36,539 nucleotides of DNA from Basidiobolus meristosporus CBS 931.73 (GCA_002104905.1 MCFE01000783.1:1-36539), one strand, 5' to 3'; shown: positions 11,347-24,742, counted from the first letter of the stretch. Notes: generated by a model from the letters alone, not told the origin. Translations and numbers: made by a program.

Positions 11347-12229
11347 TGGGAAGGCTTGGCAGATAGGTTGATAACGTAATGGCCATTTGAAAATAGATCA
11401 GGTGTGATAGCTAAAAATAGATTCTGAGGTGGGATAAAATAAACTGTAACTGGGATTTGTTATGTTTGGGTTAGGGAAAATCAGTTAGGGTACTAGATTT
11501 TCAAACGGAGTAAAATTGGCTAAGTTTTAAATGTTGATGCACAACACTAGGTCAATGTTTAGGTATATTCACAAATAGCAACACTCATGCCCAATGCACA
11601 ATCTTCAAGTTGGAATTTGTTGGACTTTTAGCTAATATTCTGCTTGTATTCTGCTGGTATTTTGCTGATGTTTAGCTGGTATTTCTGCTTCAAATTTCAT
11701 CCACAACTTTTAGTGGAAGTAATGAGTAGGTGAGACTAGGTTTGGCATTGATGTTAGTTGGCTTGGCTTCCCTTTAGAAAGAACATCTGCTTGTATGCTG
11801 TGAAGCTGGTATGCCAGAAGTTGAGAGCTTCCACACTTGGAAAGGCTGGAACTCAGCTGGTCTTATGATGGTATTGTACTGGTCTTTTCTTAAATCTTTT
11901 CTTGAGGTGCAGTGTGGGTCAAATACCACTATGGCATCCTGCTTATTGACCTCAAAATAAGCACACATCTGGGGCAATTGGCTCACCTTTACTGCCTGAA
12001 CTTTACAGATCCTCAGTATTTAATTTGCTAAGTTGCAATATGCCTTTTATTACAGGGAAGATATACATCTTGCAAACATATATTTGGCTGCCATCACCTC
12101 AACCCCAAATACCTTCAGTTATCTGTAAAGTACTATGAAGTACTTGACCAATATATTCATTTTCCCTGCTAAGCTAAATTAAAAATACAGTTATGGTACA
12201 TACTTAGCCAATGCCTGTTTAATTTCTAC

Positions 12230-12760
12230 TGATAAGCCCCAGACAGTAAAAGGCACCCCAAGTAGCCTTCAGACAAGGCTTGAAGATCTGCCATGACTGA
12301 AGAATATCTGGCTCAGAAGAAATATTGAACTGGTGACTTTGTCAGATTACCAATGTGCCTAAAATCAGTTGGACACAGATAAGCCCTCAAGAAAAAATAT
12401 GAGGCTGATGGCACAATTTAAGTATGTACTGCAACACTTGTGGCCAAAAAATACTTGCAAGCAAATAGACATGACTACACTGCAATCTTTGCACCAGTAG
12501 CCAAGTGTAACCCTACCACACCAACATTAGCTATTTCAGACAGATATATGTCTCTATCATAGCTCAATGAAATGCTCCATTGCCAAATGAGAACTCATTG
12601 AGGATGTGTATATCTACTAGCCAGATGTGTTTATAGAGTAAGGAAGCCACTGTTTGGTGTGCAAGCTTAAGAAATCTCTCTACAGTCTCAAACAAACATG
12701 AAGTACCCAAAATTGCATGATATATTCCCCCACAAGATGGATCTTGGTCTTGCAGGCTGA
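12230..12760 (+). pseudogene. Highly degenerate copia reverse transcriptase fragment
   Basis: DNA similarity to the RT at about 23170-23700, e.g. aaatatgaggctgatggcacaatt vs aaatacaaggctgatggtacaatt, cttgtggccaaa and gaggatgtgtatat. Confidence 0.7.
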
Positions 12761-12810
12761 TCCAGCCTAGATCAGCAATCACAATCTACAATGAGGCTGC
12801 TATATTTCCT

Positions 12811-13050
12811 TTGAATATTTTCGCAAAAATATTAGGTACCTAGAGCATGATATGTGTCAAATTTGCTTAAACAGCCCCAACTTTGTACATATGCTTTCCA
12901 GATCTTCCCAGAGGTATTTTGAGTGCTTATTTTGCTAAGTCCATATAGAAATATAAGTTATATGCTTACATTCAATAGACAATCAAGCAAAGCCACAAAC
13001 TCTGCTAGCTCCCCCAGTCACTTCCAATATTTCCAAGCTCTGGCAGAACA
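12811..13050 (+). mobile_element. Partial copia LTR
   Basis: Matches the 3' two-thirds of the LTR family and ends cacttccaatatttccaagctctggcagaaca. Confidence 0.6.
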
Positions 13051-13086
13051 GTATTTGCATTGAGATGTGCAGCATAATAAGAAATG

Positions 13087-13436
13087 TGTTGTAAAAACTT
13101 GTGATTCCACCTAAAAATTCACCTAACTTAGTCACCTAGATCATTACCTACACATCTTAGAGAATACTGGTAAAACTTCTTGATAGGAATTAGTTAGAAT
13201 ATTTTTGCCAGTAAATCAGGTACCTAGAGCATGAAAACTTGCAACAATATCCAAACTGCCCCAAACTAGGCATACATGTTCTTGGTGCCTTCCTAAACCT
13301 ATTGTACATATTTTATTATGCCAAGACAATGTAAAAGTATAAGTCCTACTTTTGTATTTAACAAAGCATCAAGTGAGAACCACATAATCCACTTGCTTTC
13401 CTAGTCACTTCCAATATCTCCAAGACTCTCACAACA
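13087..13436 (+). mobile_element. Solo copia LTR
   Basis: TGTTGTAAAA...CTCTCACAACA, 350 bp, colinear with 24752-25100. Confidence 0.85.
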
Positions 13437-13531
13437 GTATTGGCAATGACATGAGCAGAATAATAACATATACCAGTATCAGGACAGTCAGTGAGTTGTA
13501 TATTGCCAGCTTCATTATAAGTACATATAGG

Positions 13532-14503
13532 TGCTGTAAGAGTCCTGGAGATAGTTGTATTCATTGGGAAAACATGTATATTCTGGGTTTTCACTCAATG
13601 ATTTATTGAATGCAAAAGTAGTAATTATACTTTTGCAGGGTCATGCAAAGCAAGTCCATAGAATATGCTTAGGAAGATGCCAAGAGTCTGTGTGCAAATT
13701 TTGGAGGCAATTAGACAGCTGTAACAAATACTTGCTCTGGTTACCTGTTATTTTGATCAAAATTCTCTACATGGGTCCAAAAAGTAATTTGATCAAATCC
13801 TCTAAGCTCAGGAAGTAGTCACATGGGTGACTAATTTAGGTGAGTATCTAGTTGCACTTGCATAATTATAACACCCCAACTTAGCTTTATAGTCATCTCA
13901 GTTTTTTCTAGCAGTGATCCTAGCAAAACAATCTGTGTCTAATTAATGATTTTGTGAAAATGTCTGCAATCATTTCATCTGCAGGACAGTAACTAAGGTT
14001 AACTAAGTTGCTCTTTATAGCTCTCAGTATGAAATGATACCAAATATTCTTATGCTTATATCTATCATAAAATGTCAGACTTTTATCTATTGTAAGTTGC
14101 AAGTGTTTCAAGGATATTGGAAGTGCTCAAGAGAATAAGTACAATACATGGTTGTCAGTTAGTTAATTGTTAAATGCAAAAGTAGTATTTATACTTTTAC
14201 CTGGTCTTGGCATAATAAACATGCAACATGATGGTTTATTGATTATTCAAGTGCTATTTATACTTTTACATAGTCATGGCAGACAAGCACATAGAATATA
14301 TTTAAGAAGATCCCAAGAGCATGTTTGTCAAGTTTGGAGCTCTTTAGGCAACTTAAAAATATCTTGTGTTGGATACATGACACATTTGTGAGAATATTCC
14401 AAGTTGGAACCAGGAATTTAGTCAAAATTCTCCAAGATGTATAAGCAATGTGCTTAGTGACAAAGCTAGGTGCATATTCATGTACAATTACATATTCTTC
14501 TGA
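13532..14503 (-). mobile_element. Internally deleted copia: LTR (about 14104-14503), RNase H tail, PPT and LTR (13532-13873)
   Basis: Minus-strand ORF 13920-14111 contains WYHFILRAIKSNLVNLSYCPADEMIADIFTKSL (RNase H C-terminus). gctaagttgggg precedes the TGT start of the 3' LTR on the minus strand. Confidence 0.75.
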
Positions 14504-14938
14504 TCCGGTATACTCACCCTCTCCTACAATTGTGTAAATTGATTGGCCATTGACTCTTTCTCCCACTTATTACTTCCTGACTCAACCAATGCTCTTACTT
14601 CACAGGCATACAAATTGATATAGTTCTGTTCAATATTCAGGTGCACCACAATTGCCAATTATGCTGATCTACACAGGTCCCTACACTTAACATTAGCATT
14701 AAGCCCCGCTTAACAAGTAACTCCATTCAAATTCACTATTGAATAAGTATTTCTGCCAAAGTGCCCTTTTTGCATGACTTTATTAGCAACCTTTCAGCTT
14801 CACACCATTGTTCATTCACTGGCTCCCATACCCCCAAGTCTTCACTGGGCACTGCCAGGTCTAGCACCTCATCTGCCAGTCTTTACAATAAGTTGTTACA
14901 ATATTCAGGTGCACTGTCTTGAGCACTGCACTTGAAAA

Positions 14939-15301
14939 TGTTGTGATTATTATATTGGCACCTATATTTTCATGCAAGCTTAGTCACTTGGATCTTATTT
15001 TATGATTAGCATTGCACCTTGATCAAATTTCTTGTTGGGATTTACTTAGAAAACTATCACCAAATTATCAGGTATCCAAATTATGATCTTTTGCAATGGT
15101 GTCCAAAAGCCCCCAAACTCTGCACACATACTCCTAGGACCATCCTTAACAAACTCTACATACTTCTTTGCTTTACTTCATATAAGGTATAAATATCATA
15201 CTTTTGATCAGCAAATCTACATGTGAATAACAAGTAAATCCTTTAGCTGTCCACATCACTTCCAATACTCCTTAGAGTGTTGCACCATGTTATCAGCCCC
15301 A
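14939..15301 (+). mobile_element. Diverged copia 5' LTR (14939-15287) followed by a PBS-like motif
   Basis: TGTTGTG...TGCACCA, 349 bp, then tgttatcagcccca, which resembles the PBS ggttatgagcccca. Confidence 0.7.
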
Positions 15302-16081
15302 AGCTTGCTATCCTCTTAGTGTCTACTTTCCATTGGATTCTTTTCTGTTGATATGGAGAAAGAATTTCCACACTATTCCACTGCTAAGGTTAAAAATGAC
15401 TACTTTGCCAGAGGACTATGTTATGAATAAGGCTGAGAATGCAAATAATGCAGCTGTTAACCAGCATTCTGGACTAACTGTTAGTGGAAGAAGATCTTAG
15501 CAAAAAGCTCCTTCAACTCTGAGGATTCTACTCATATACAATACATGTGTATCCACCTGGAGTAGGGATATGTGCTTCACAATCTGTTGGAAAAATTTCA
15601 TAATTGTACCAAGTGTTTTAACACTGTAACCAATGTACCATGAGCTAAATATGAAGCTGCTGGAGGTGCTATAACTCTGTTTTAGTCTCAAAACATTGGG
15701 AGAAAGTATTATTCAATATTAGCAAAATCCACTCAAGGAATTTCTATGGCCCATCAAAAAGAGTGAAGCTAATGATTGCAAGTCTGATTGGTGTATACAT
15801 TCAAGCAACAGTTGGTCAGCATAGAGCTAAGAGCCACTCAGACAATAGCTTAGTACTTCATATTTGTTATATATATATCCCTTATTGAAGTAGGGGAAAA
15901 CACTTGATGGTATTTAATTCTCTGGTTGAGATTGGAAGAATTATCATAGATAAAGTCACTGCCAAGCTCTGTTACTTTACAAGCAAATATAGTTGAGTCT
16001 GATACTATATTTTTGCTGAAACTAGCTTTCAAATGCATTATACTTGATCAGACTTGATCAACTCTATCAAGATATATGATT

Positions 16082-16265
16082 GATAATTAGTCATCTGAAA
16101 TCTATCTGACCACTTAGCAGTTGCCAAGACATCAGATGATTAATGATGCAACTCTCATTTATCTTATGTGTGTATCAGCATCCAAGCTGATTTCAAATAA
16201 TCCAGTCTCTTGGCACTTACTATTTTCAACTTTATTAGAAAAGTATAAGTATAGCTTACTAAACT
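16082..16265 (+). repeat. Second repeat family copy
   Basis: Inverted match to 11165-11346. Confidence 0.7.
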
Positions 16266-16448
16266 AATGACAAAACCTAAACTTGCCCCAATATAGGTCA
16301 TTTAAATTATTGCATATAGAGTCTATATGATAGATGTAACTGTTTCTGAGCCTAATATGGACCTACAGAGAAGTTGTCTATATGAATTAGACTGTTGTCT
16401 TGAAATAAGGAAACTACAGATCTACCATAAATGGCAAAACCTTATTTT

Positions 16449-16797
16449 TGTTGAAAAAATTCGTATTTCCACCTAAATATTCACCTAACTTAGTCACTTA
16501 GATCATTACCTTCAAATCCTAGAGAATACTGACCAAATTCCTTGTTGGGATTTACTTCAAATATTTTCACCAAAATACCAGGTACCCAGAACATGAAAAT
16601 TCTCAAAGTTGTCCAAACAGCCCCAAACTTTGCACACATGTTCTTGGGACCTTCCTTAACCTATTCTACGTGTTTGTTATGCCATGACCAGGTAAAAGTA
16701 TAAATACTACTTTTACAATCAATAAATCATTAAGTGAAAACCACATAATCTACTTGTTCTCCAAATCACTTCCAATATCTCCAAGACTCTTACAACA
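16449..16797 (+). repeat. 5' LTR
   Basis: TG...CA termini. Contains TATAAATA and AATAAA. Confidence 0.9.
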
Positions 16798-16811
16798 GGT
16801 TATGAGCCCCA
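16798..16811 (+). promoter_or_regulatory. Primer-binding site
   Basis: GGTTATGAGCCCCA directly after the LTR, matching the GGTTATGGGCCC-type PBS of copia. Confidence 0.8.
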
Positions 16812-16828
16812 AGCTGTCACTCTCTGCA

Positions 16829-18505
16829 ATGTCTACTACTGCTATTACTGGAATTTTTCCCTCTGCTGAAAAGTTGGATGGATCTAACTACCAAGTGTGG
16901 AAGGTGAAGATGAAGATGCTGCTACAAGAAAGAGGCCTTTGGGATATTGTCATGGGAGAAGAATGCCCTCCTAAAAACGTGGGAGAGGAAGCCTTAAAGT
17001 ACCAGAAGAAAGAACAAAGTGCCTTTAACTGCATTTGCCTTAATGTCAAGGACAAATTGCTAATTCAATGCTCAAGAGCAAAAACGGCAAAGAATGCCTG
17101 AAAAGCATTAGAAGACACCTACCAGCCATGTTCAGCTGCCAAGAAAATGTATCTGAGACAAAAATTCTTTACTACAAAGATGCTGCCAGGAGAAGAAATG
17201 AAAAATCTAATTAACAGAATTACCCTGCTGGTAGATGAGATGGAATCTGTGGGCGTACCAACTACTGATGAGGATGTGATAGTTACCATCCTGAATAGCC
17301 TGACAGACAAGTTTCAGGGCCTTGTATCAGCCCTAGAGTCCAGAACTGAAGATTTGACCTTAAATTACATATATGGAAGGCTCCTGGATGAAGAATTAAG
17401 AAAATCAAGCGCCAATAAGAAGGAAGAAGAAAATGCTTTAATAAGCAATGATAACCAACAAAGGAGGTATCCAAGACCCTACAAAGGCAACAGCAACCTG
17501 TTTTGTAACTACTGCAAAAGGAAAGGACACACATCAGACCGGTGTCTCAAAAAGATAGATAATCAGCAAAAGAAGCCTGAATATGGAAATGCTGCAACAA
17601 CTGAAGATAGACTATTCATATCTGCACTAAATATGACAACAAACAAGGATTCTCAGACGTGGTATATTGACTCTGGAGCTTCTCAACACTTTACACACCA
17701 AAAAGAGCTTTTTACCCAATATCAAGAAATTCCAATTAAGAAGGTTTTCATGGGTGACAATAGAACACTTGATGCAGTGGAAGGAGGAACTATCCAAGTA
17801 AACCTTAGAAGCAGTGAAGGAAGCCATTCACTGACCTTTAAAGAAGTACTCTATGTACCAGAAATAGCCAAGAACCTACTCTCTGTAAGCAAGGCCACAG
17901 CAGAAGGACTCAGTTTCAGTTTTGACAATTCTGGATGCAGGATCACTGATCAAAATGGTGACCATATTGCTTTGGGCATCAGAGATCAGAATCTATACAA
18001 GTTGACTTATATTCCATCATACTTGGAAGCCAATATAAGTAACTTAAATGAAGAAACACCAATGCTTTGGCACAGGAGATTTGGACACATCAATTTTGAT
18101 TATTTGCGTAAAATGATCAAAGATCAGCTAATTTCTGGAGTGAAAATTGATCCCCCTGCTAATTTGGAGCACTGTGAATCCTGCATATATGGGAAACAAG
18201 CCAGACAACCGTTCAAGAGCTCTGGGTTAATCAAAACTAAGAAAAAATTAGATCTAATTCACTCAAATCTGCGTGGACCTATGCAAAATTTATCCTTAGG
18301 CAGGATGAAATATTTAATCACTTTTATTGATGATTATACAAGATACACATGGGTCTACCTCATGGAGAGAAAGGAAGAAGCTCTGTCAAAGTTCAGGGAG
18401 TTTAAAGCCATGGTGGAGAGAGAAACTGGTGAAAAAATCAAGAAAATACGCTCTGACAATGGAGGAGATTATACCTCAAGAGCAAAAGTGAATCAATTTT
18501 GCTGA
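16829..18505 (+). pseudogene. gag-pol: copia gag-protease-integrase (N-terminal part), nonsense-disrupted and truncated
   Basis: KLDGSNYQVWK (gag), zinc knuckle CNYCKRKGHTSDRC, protease WYIDSGASQH, WHRRFGH...CESC, integrase FIDDYTRYTW...IRSDNGG. TGA at 17099-17101 sits in place of TGG in the same frame. The integrase stops at about 18485. Confidence 0.92.
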
Positions 18506-18830
18506 ATTAAGAAGTATAGGATAGCCCTAAGGCTATATATTACATTCACAATCTGAGAATCTGACTCTTATTATTATTCAAGCCTATGTAGGTGATCAAA
18601 GATGATGATCTGTATTTCTGATCAGATCATTGTGATTTTTAGGCATACTACTAAGTTGGTATGCACTTTGAATTACAAGTTACTTGCGCAACTAAGTTGA
18701 GCATAAATGCATATACCAATGAATAGTATATCAGTTTAGTATACATCATTGTTAGCTTTTTTCCAATTCATTATAGATTGTACACCATCAATATGCACAT
18801 ATTACTCATCAATATTTTGTTGAGCAGGGG

Positions 18831-19177
18831 TGCTGTAGTTATTGAGTTGTCACCTAAATATTAATGCTATCCTACTCACTTGAATCATATTCTATGATTA
18901 ACATTCTGTCCTCACCAAATTTGTTTTTGGGACTTACTTAAAAAATTTTCACCAAATTTTCAGATATCCAGATTATGATCTCTCTCAAAGTTGTCCAAAA
19001 GCCCCCAAACTATGCACATATATTTGTAGAACCCTCCTTAACAAACTCTACACATTAGTTTGCTCTACTTCATCAAAAGTTTGATGCCATACTGTTGATC
19101 AATAAGTCTACAAGTGAATAACATGTAATTCCTGAGTTCTCCACATCACTTCCAATACTTTTCAGAATATTGCAACA
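18831..19177 (+). mobile_element. Diverged copia LTR with upstream PPT-like gagcagggg
   Basis: TGCTGTAG...TGCAACA, 347 bp. Closer to 14939-15287 than to 16449-16797 (shared ccttaacaaactctac and ccacatcacttccaatact). Confidence 0.75.
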
Positions 19178-19869
19178 GAAAAAGTACTGTAGCTTCTTGG
19201 TGCACCTATCAATGCTTCAAAATTTCATTGAAGGCATCTGAATAGTCTTCTTGGCTCTTGGTGTTGTTGATTTGTGTATCAGTGGGAACTCCACTCTGCA
19301 TACACTGGGGAATGTGGAGGCAGTGGTTGACAGATTGCCTTTCTCTGCAATCTCATCTACCTTGCTGGAGTGTAGCTTAACTGGTTGCACTTCCAACTCT
19401 TGTGATAACAGCTGTTTTCTTGTTTGTATTCTTCTTGGCTATGATAGAATTCTGTCTGTTATGGGCTTATGGTGCTAATTGGCAAGTACTGCAGCTTTTT
19501 CTTATGCTTCCCTGTCTTTGGCTTGAGTACACTTCTTTCCCTTTGCCTTTTCCGTTATCACTGCCAGGTATTCACTCCTACTTGATCCCTTGCTGGCACA
19601 CTGCAGGCAGTTTGATGCTCTTTTCCTGCTTGTTTTGAGCTCTCAGCCCATGTTGTGATAGGCTGCTGTGGTAGCTGCTGGTTTTTGTCACTGCCAGGCC
19701 CTTCACTACTACTCTGACTGAGTGCTTCCCAAGTGGAGCTACACTTTTTCCTTGATAAATATTGTGGTGGTGCATCTGTGTCCACCTGCTTGTCCCTTAT
19801 TGGCACTCTTCCAGCTACCTGATGTCTCTTTGACTGTTTGTGATGGGATTGGAGAGACTACACTACAAC

Positions 19870-22350
19870 CATAAAGCTGAACACATAGATCTCTGCCTCT
19901 ACAGTATCCAATCACTATTCCATCTTGCTTGTTGTGTGGATAATATTGGGCCTTGCTTCACCTTTTAGAAGTTTTCTATGGAGCAGATGTGTGGGGAGAT
20001 AGGAAGACAAGTCTGGTTGCAGATACTTTTATATCTCAATCTCATCAAAATATAACCTTCAAGTCCATAATGGGTATAATGAGTTGGCACATGGAGAACA
20101 GCCAGGCAGAGTTAGAAAACACTGAGGACAGATTTGCACATGGAGACACCTCTGCCTTTGGCATTAAGAAGCTAAGCTGCCCCAATGTGTGGGTAATCAG
20201 TTGGGTAACTCAAAGTTGGGTTGGGCATAACAAGCAACTAATTTTTAGTAGCACAGCTTTACCAAAGTATGCAGGGTTTCTCTTGGCCACAAGCCAGTTT
20301 CTACACATTTCAATATGGAATTCATACAAATATGAGCCAGAGTGCACCTATGATGGCACTAGAGTCCAGCAGGGAGAAGGAATATTTTGGCTAAATACTA
20401 AAATGTTTTTTGCAGATATTGAGGAGGTATTTATGACAAAAGTGGCAGCAAACTAGCATATGTTTGCAAGATGTATATGTTAACAGCAATATAAGGTATA
20501 TGGTAACTTAGCAAGCATTGCACTAAAAAGCCATAAAGTTGAGGTGATAGAAGTGTATCAATTGTAATGGGTGTGTACATATGTAGAGGATAGTAAGCAC
20601 AAGGCCATAGTTTTATTGACTTCAACTATATGTAGAATACTCATGGTAGTTATGGGTAAGCAAATAATGGGGGGTGATTCTGCAGTGGAATATATGAATG
20701 GTGTAAGGGGAGGTAGAGAAAGAAGATACTGTTTGGTAAATGGTACAGTAGCATTATGCAAAACTAGCTCTAGGTTGCTGTACTACTGTTATAATGACAG
20801 CCAAGGTTTGCAATGAGGCTGCCAGAACACTGTCAAGTTTTTTGCCATATATGGCAACTGGATGTATTGGCTGGCTAGGTCCGCTCAAATAAATGCAGAG
20901 TGCATTAAGACTACTGGAATGCCATGCAATTTTTGTTGAAAGACTTTTAAACACCATCAAGTTTTGTACTTTATTTGACAGTAAAATCAGCAAAACACCA
21001 TTACAGTCCCATCATAAGATTGTGTGTAAGGTCAATAATTCCAAGCTGCCAGCACTGAGACTGACTCCTTGTGGAGTTCTGACAGCTGTTGTGGATTGGA
21101 TCCACCTGCAGAACCAAATTAATTTTCATAGGGACTGCTGCTACTGTATCTGCTCTCTACTCCATCTTGCCTGGTGTGTGGAGAATATTGGGCCTTGCTT
21201 CACCTTTTGGAGTTTTCTCTGGTGCAGATGTTTCAGGAGATATGAATAGGAGTCCAGTTGCAAGCACTATTGTATCCCAATCTCATCAAGAATATTTCCT
21301 TCAGGTCAGTCATGGAGGTGATGAGTTGGCAGATGGAGGACAGCCAGGAAGAGTTGGGAGCCACTGAGTACAGATGTGCATGTAGAGACTCCTATGCCTT
21401 TGGCATTGAGAAGCTAATCAGCCCCAATGTGTGGGTATTCAGTTAAGTAATGCAAAGTTGGGTGAGACTCAACCAACAACTAATTATCATTAGGACAACT
21501 TTACCAAAGTATGCCAGGTTTCTCCTGAATACAAGTCAATTTCTATATCACTCATTATAGAGTTCATACAACCCAGAGTCATGGTGGGCCTATAAGTTGG
21601 GCTAGAGTCCAGCAGGGCAAAGAGTTATATTGATCCAAAAAGCTCCTTGCAGATATTAAAGAGGTATTCATGGCAAAAGTGGGGGCAAACAAGATTATGT
21701 TTGCAAGGTGTATATGATACCACCAGTACAATATATTTGACAACTTTGCAAGTATTATACTGAAAAGCTGCAAAGTTGAGGTGATAGAAGTGTATTGATT
21801 GCAGTGTGTGTGTGCATATGTAAAGGTTTGTAAACAGGAGGCTAATGCTTATTTTGACTTGAACTATCTGTGGAATACCCATAGTACTATTGGGTAAACT
21901 AATAAAGTGCAGTGATTCTTCAATGAAATATATTAATGGTGCAATGTGAGGTAGCAAAGAGAAATACCAATGAGTAAGTAGGTATGGTGGCATCATACTG
22001 TGCATTTGTTGGCTATTGTACTGCTTTTATAATACTAACAGATATCTAAATCAAGGACATCAAAATACTTTCAAGTTTCTTTCCATATATGGATTTTGTA
22101 TATAGTAGCCAGTTGGGTGCACTCATATAAGTGCAGGCTGCAATAAGAATGTTAGAATGCCATTCAGATCCTGTCAAAGGACCATCTTATCACTGTAAAG
22201 TTTATTCATCTATTTGGTAGCAAAGTTCCATCATGATCCCATCATATGATTGTGTCAAGGGTCAATGATTCCAAGCTGCTAGCATTATGATGGCCTCATT
22301 GGGGGATCCTGGTGGTTGAACCAGATTGGATTCACCTGCAGGAGCAAGTT
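19870..22350. repeat. Tandem duplication of a unit of about 1.23 kb
   Basis: Anchor pairs about 1230-1240 bp apart: aatattgggccttgcttcacctttt (about 19943 / 21184), gtcaataattccaagctg (21031 / 22261) and gattggat(c/t)cacctgcag (about 21094 / 22324). Confidence 0.8.
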
Positions 22351-22389
22351 ATTTTTATAGATGTCTTTTTGAAGACCAGTCAGATGGAC

Positions 22390-23040
22390 ATCTTTTCCTT
22401 TTGCAACAGCTGCAAGAAAGATAGCAGTTGCCTTTGAAGGGTTTTGAGTGCCCTCTTTGATAGCTATCACTGCCTATGAATGCCTTTTGATGTTTCTTTT
22501 TACTGGCACTTGCTTTTCTGACTTTCTCAACCAGGAGCCTGCAATATATGTAATTTATAGTCAGATCATCAGTTCTGAGCTTTGGAGCTGACAAAAGACC
22601 ATGAAGTTCATCTGTCCAGCTATTCAGCAGAGTGACTATCACATACTTGTAAGTAAATTGTACACCCACAGATCTAATCTCATCAGCCAACATAGTGATT
22701 CCAATTATTAGATTTTTCATTTCTTCTCCTGTATATGTTTTTGCAATAGAGAATTTTTTTCCAAGACACATTCTTGTAGCAGCTGAACATTACTGGTAGA
22801 TGCCATCCAATGCCCTTCCAACATTCATTGCTATTTTTGCTCTTGAGAATTGAATTAGAAATTTGTCTGCAACACCAAGACAAATACAGTCAAAGGCACC
22901 TTGTTCTCTCTTCTGGTAATGTTAGGCCTCTTCTCCTACACTTTTTTGAGGGATTTCCTTTGCCCACAAAAATATCCTAAAGGACTCTTTCCTGTAACAG
23001 GTTCTTCAGCTGATCCTTCCAGACTTGGCAGTTAGGCTCA
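22390..23040 (-). pseudogene. gag: Inverted, degenerate copia gag fragment of the same family
   Basis: ORF 22355-22771 (GEEMKNLIIGITMLADEIRSVGV...DDLTINYIY) aligns to the gag at 17147. DNA homology continues to about 23035. Confidence 0.85.
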
Positions 23041-23058
23041 TTAAGGAATATCCCAGAA

Positions 23059-24740
23059 GTGATCATTCCAGTATCAAATGCCAGGAGATCCAATCAAACA
23101 AGAAATAGCCCAAATTACTATATCAATGAGGGTACAAACTTAGCCTATGCCTATTCAGTCCATATTGATGAACCCCAGTCTGTAAAAGAGGCCCTAAATA
23201 GCCCTCAGACAAAGTTTTGGAGATCTGCAATGGCTGAGGAATTTCAGGCCCTGATGGAAAATCAAAGTTGGGACTTGGTCAAATTACCAAACAACCAAAA
23301 ATCAATTGGATGCAGATGGGTCTTAAAGACAAAATACAAGGCTGATGGTACAATTGAAAGATACAAAGCAAGACTTGTGGCCAAAGAATACTTTCAAACA
23401 AAAGGACTTGACTATACTGAGACCTTTGCACAGGTAGCCAAGTTTAATTCCATCAGATTAATATTGGCTATTGCAGCCAAATATAAGTTTTTTATTCATC
23501 AAATGAATATAAAAACTGCATTTTTGAATGAAGAACTTGATGAGGATGTGTATATGGACCAGCCTGATGGGCTTTCTGACCAAGAAAACCCCCATTTGGT
23601 CTGCAAGCTTAAAAAGTCACTATATGGTATCAAACAATCACCAAGAGCCTGGAATTGCAAGATAGATTCTTATTTGGAATCTTTGAGTTTCAAAAGGAGT
23701 AATGCTGACTATAGTGTATATTATAAGCCAGGTAGGGCAAATCCAGCTCTATTAATTCTATATGTGGATGAGCTTATTATGGCCACCAATAACCTAGAAA
23801 CATTGGAAGAGACTAAATCCAGCCTGTATAAGGAGTTCAAGATGTCCAATCTAGGAGAACTCAGTTACTACTTAGGGATTAAGTTCCCCATAGACAGAAG
23901 TACCCAGACTATCACCCTAAGCTAATCCAAATATATTCAGGATATACTAAAGAAGTACTAAATGGAAAACTGTAAACCAGCAGCTACTCCAATGGAGACA
24001 TACCTTAACTTGGTCAAAACTCAACCAAATCTAGAGAGCTTGGTGCCATCTGAAAGCCCTGACTTTCCTTATCAATCTATGGTCAGCAGTCTGATGTATA
24101 TCATGCTTGGAACATGTCCAGATATCTCATATTCAGTGGGAGTTGTCAGCCAACATAATCAGAACTATGGATCTGATTATATTGCAGCAGTTAAGCAGAT
24201 TTTTAGATATCTAAAAGGAACTGCTGATATCTGCTTAAGATACACTTATGAGGATCCAGAACAAGATCTTATGGGATACTCTGATGCTGATTGGGCACAA
24301 ACCGTAGAAGACGGAAGATCCACCACAGGATACACCTTTCTTTACTGTCAAGGAGCAATTTCATGGAACTCAAGAAAGCAACCAATCATAGCACTTTCTA
24401 CCACAGAGGCAGAGTATAAGGCAGCCTGTGAAGCTACAAAAGAAGCAATGTGGTTAAAAAAGCTTTTTACAGATTTAAGCCTATGTCAAAAATGCCTATT
24501 ACTTTATTTCAAGATAATTAAGGATGTATACAATTAGGTAGAAATCCAACTTTTCATGCTAGAACCAAGCACATAGATATTAGACATCATTTCATTTGTG
24601 AAGCTATAAAGAATGACTTAGTTAGCTTAGCTTACTGTCCTACAGATGAAATGATTGCAGACATATTTACCAAACCATTAGCTAGAGAAAAGTTTGAATT
24701 CCTTAGGTCAAAATTAGGACTAGTCAGTATGAGCATTTAG
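23059..24740 (+). pseudogene. pol: copia reverse transcriptase-RNase H with stops and a frameshift
   Basis: RWVLKTK, YKARLVAK, LKKSLYGIKQSPRAWN, LYVDEL, GYSDADWA, SWNSRKQ, STTEAEY, HARTKHIDIRHHF, ADIFTKPL. Stops at 23923 and 23959, a 1-nt deletion near 24490, terminal TAG at 24738-24740. Confidence 0.92.
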
Positions 24741-24742
24741 CT

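Noticed and set aside
19953-20456. 167-aa plus-strand ORF and neighbouring short ORFs
   Set aside because: They lie in CpG-depleted repeat DNA, are not preserved in the duplicate unit, and are probably antisense to the relic frame.
21595-21625. ALLDSS as a gypsy aspartic-protease motif (minus strand)
   Set aside because: The catalytic Gly is absent in both units, the longer conserved frame is a different one, and no gypsy RT motifs follow.
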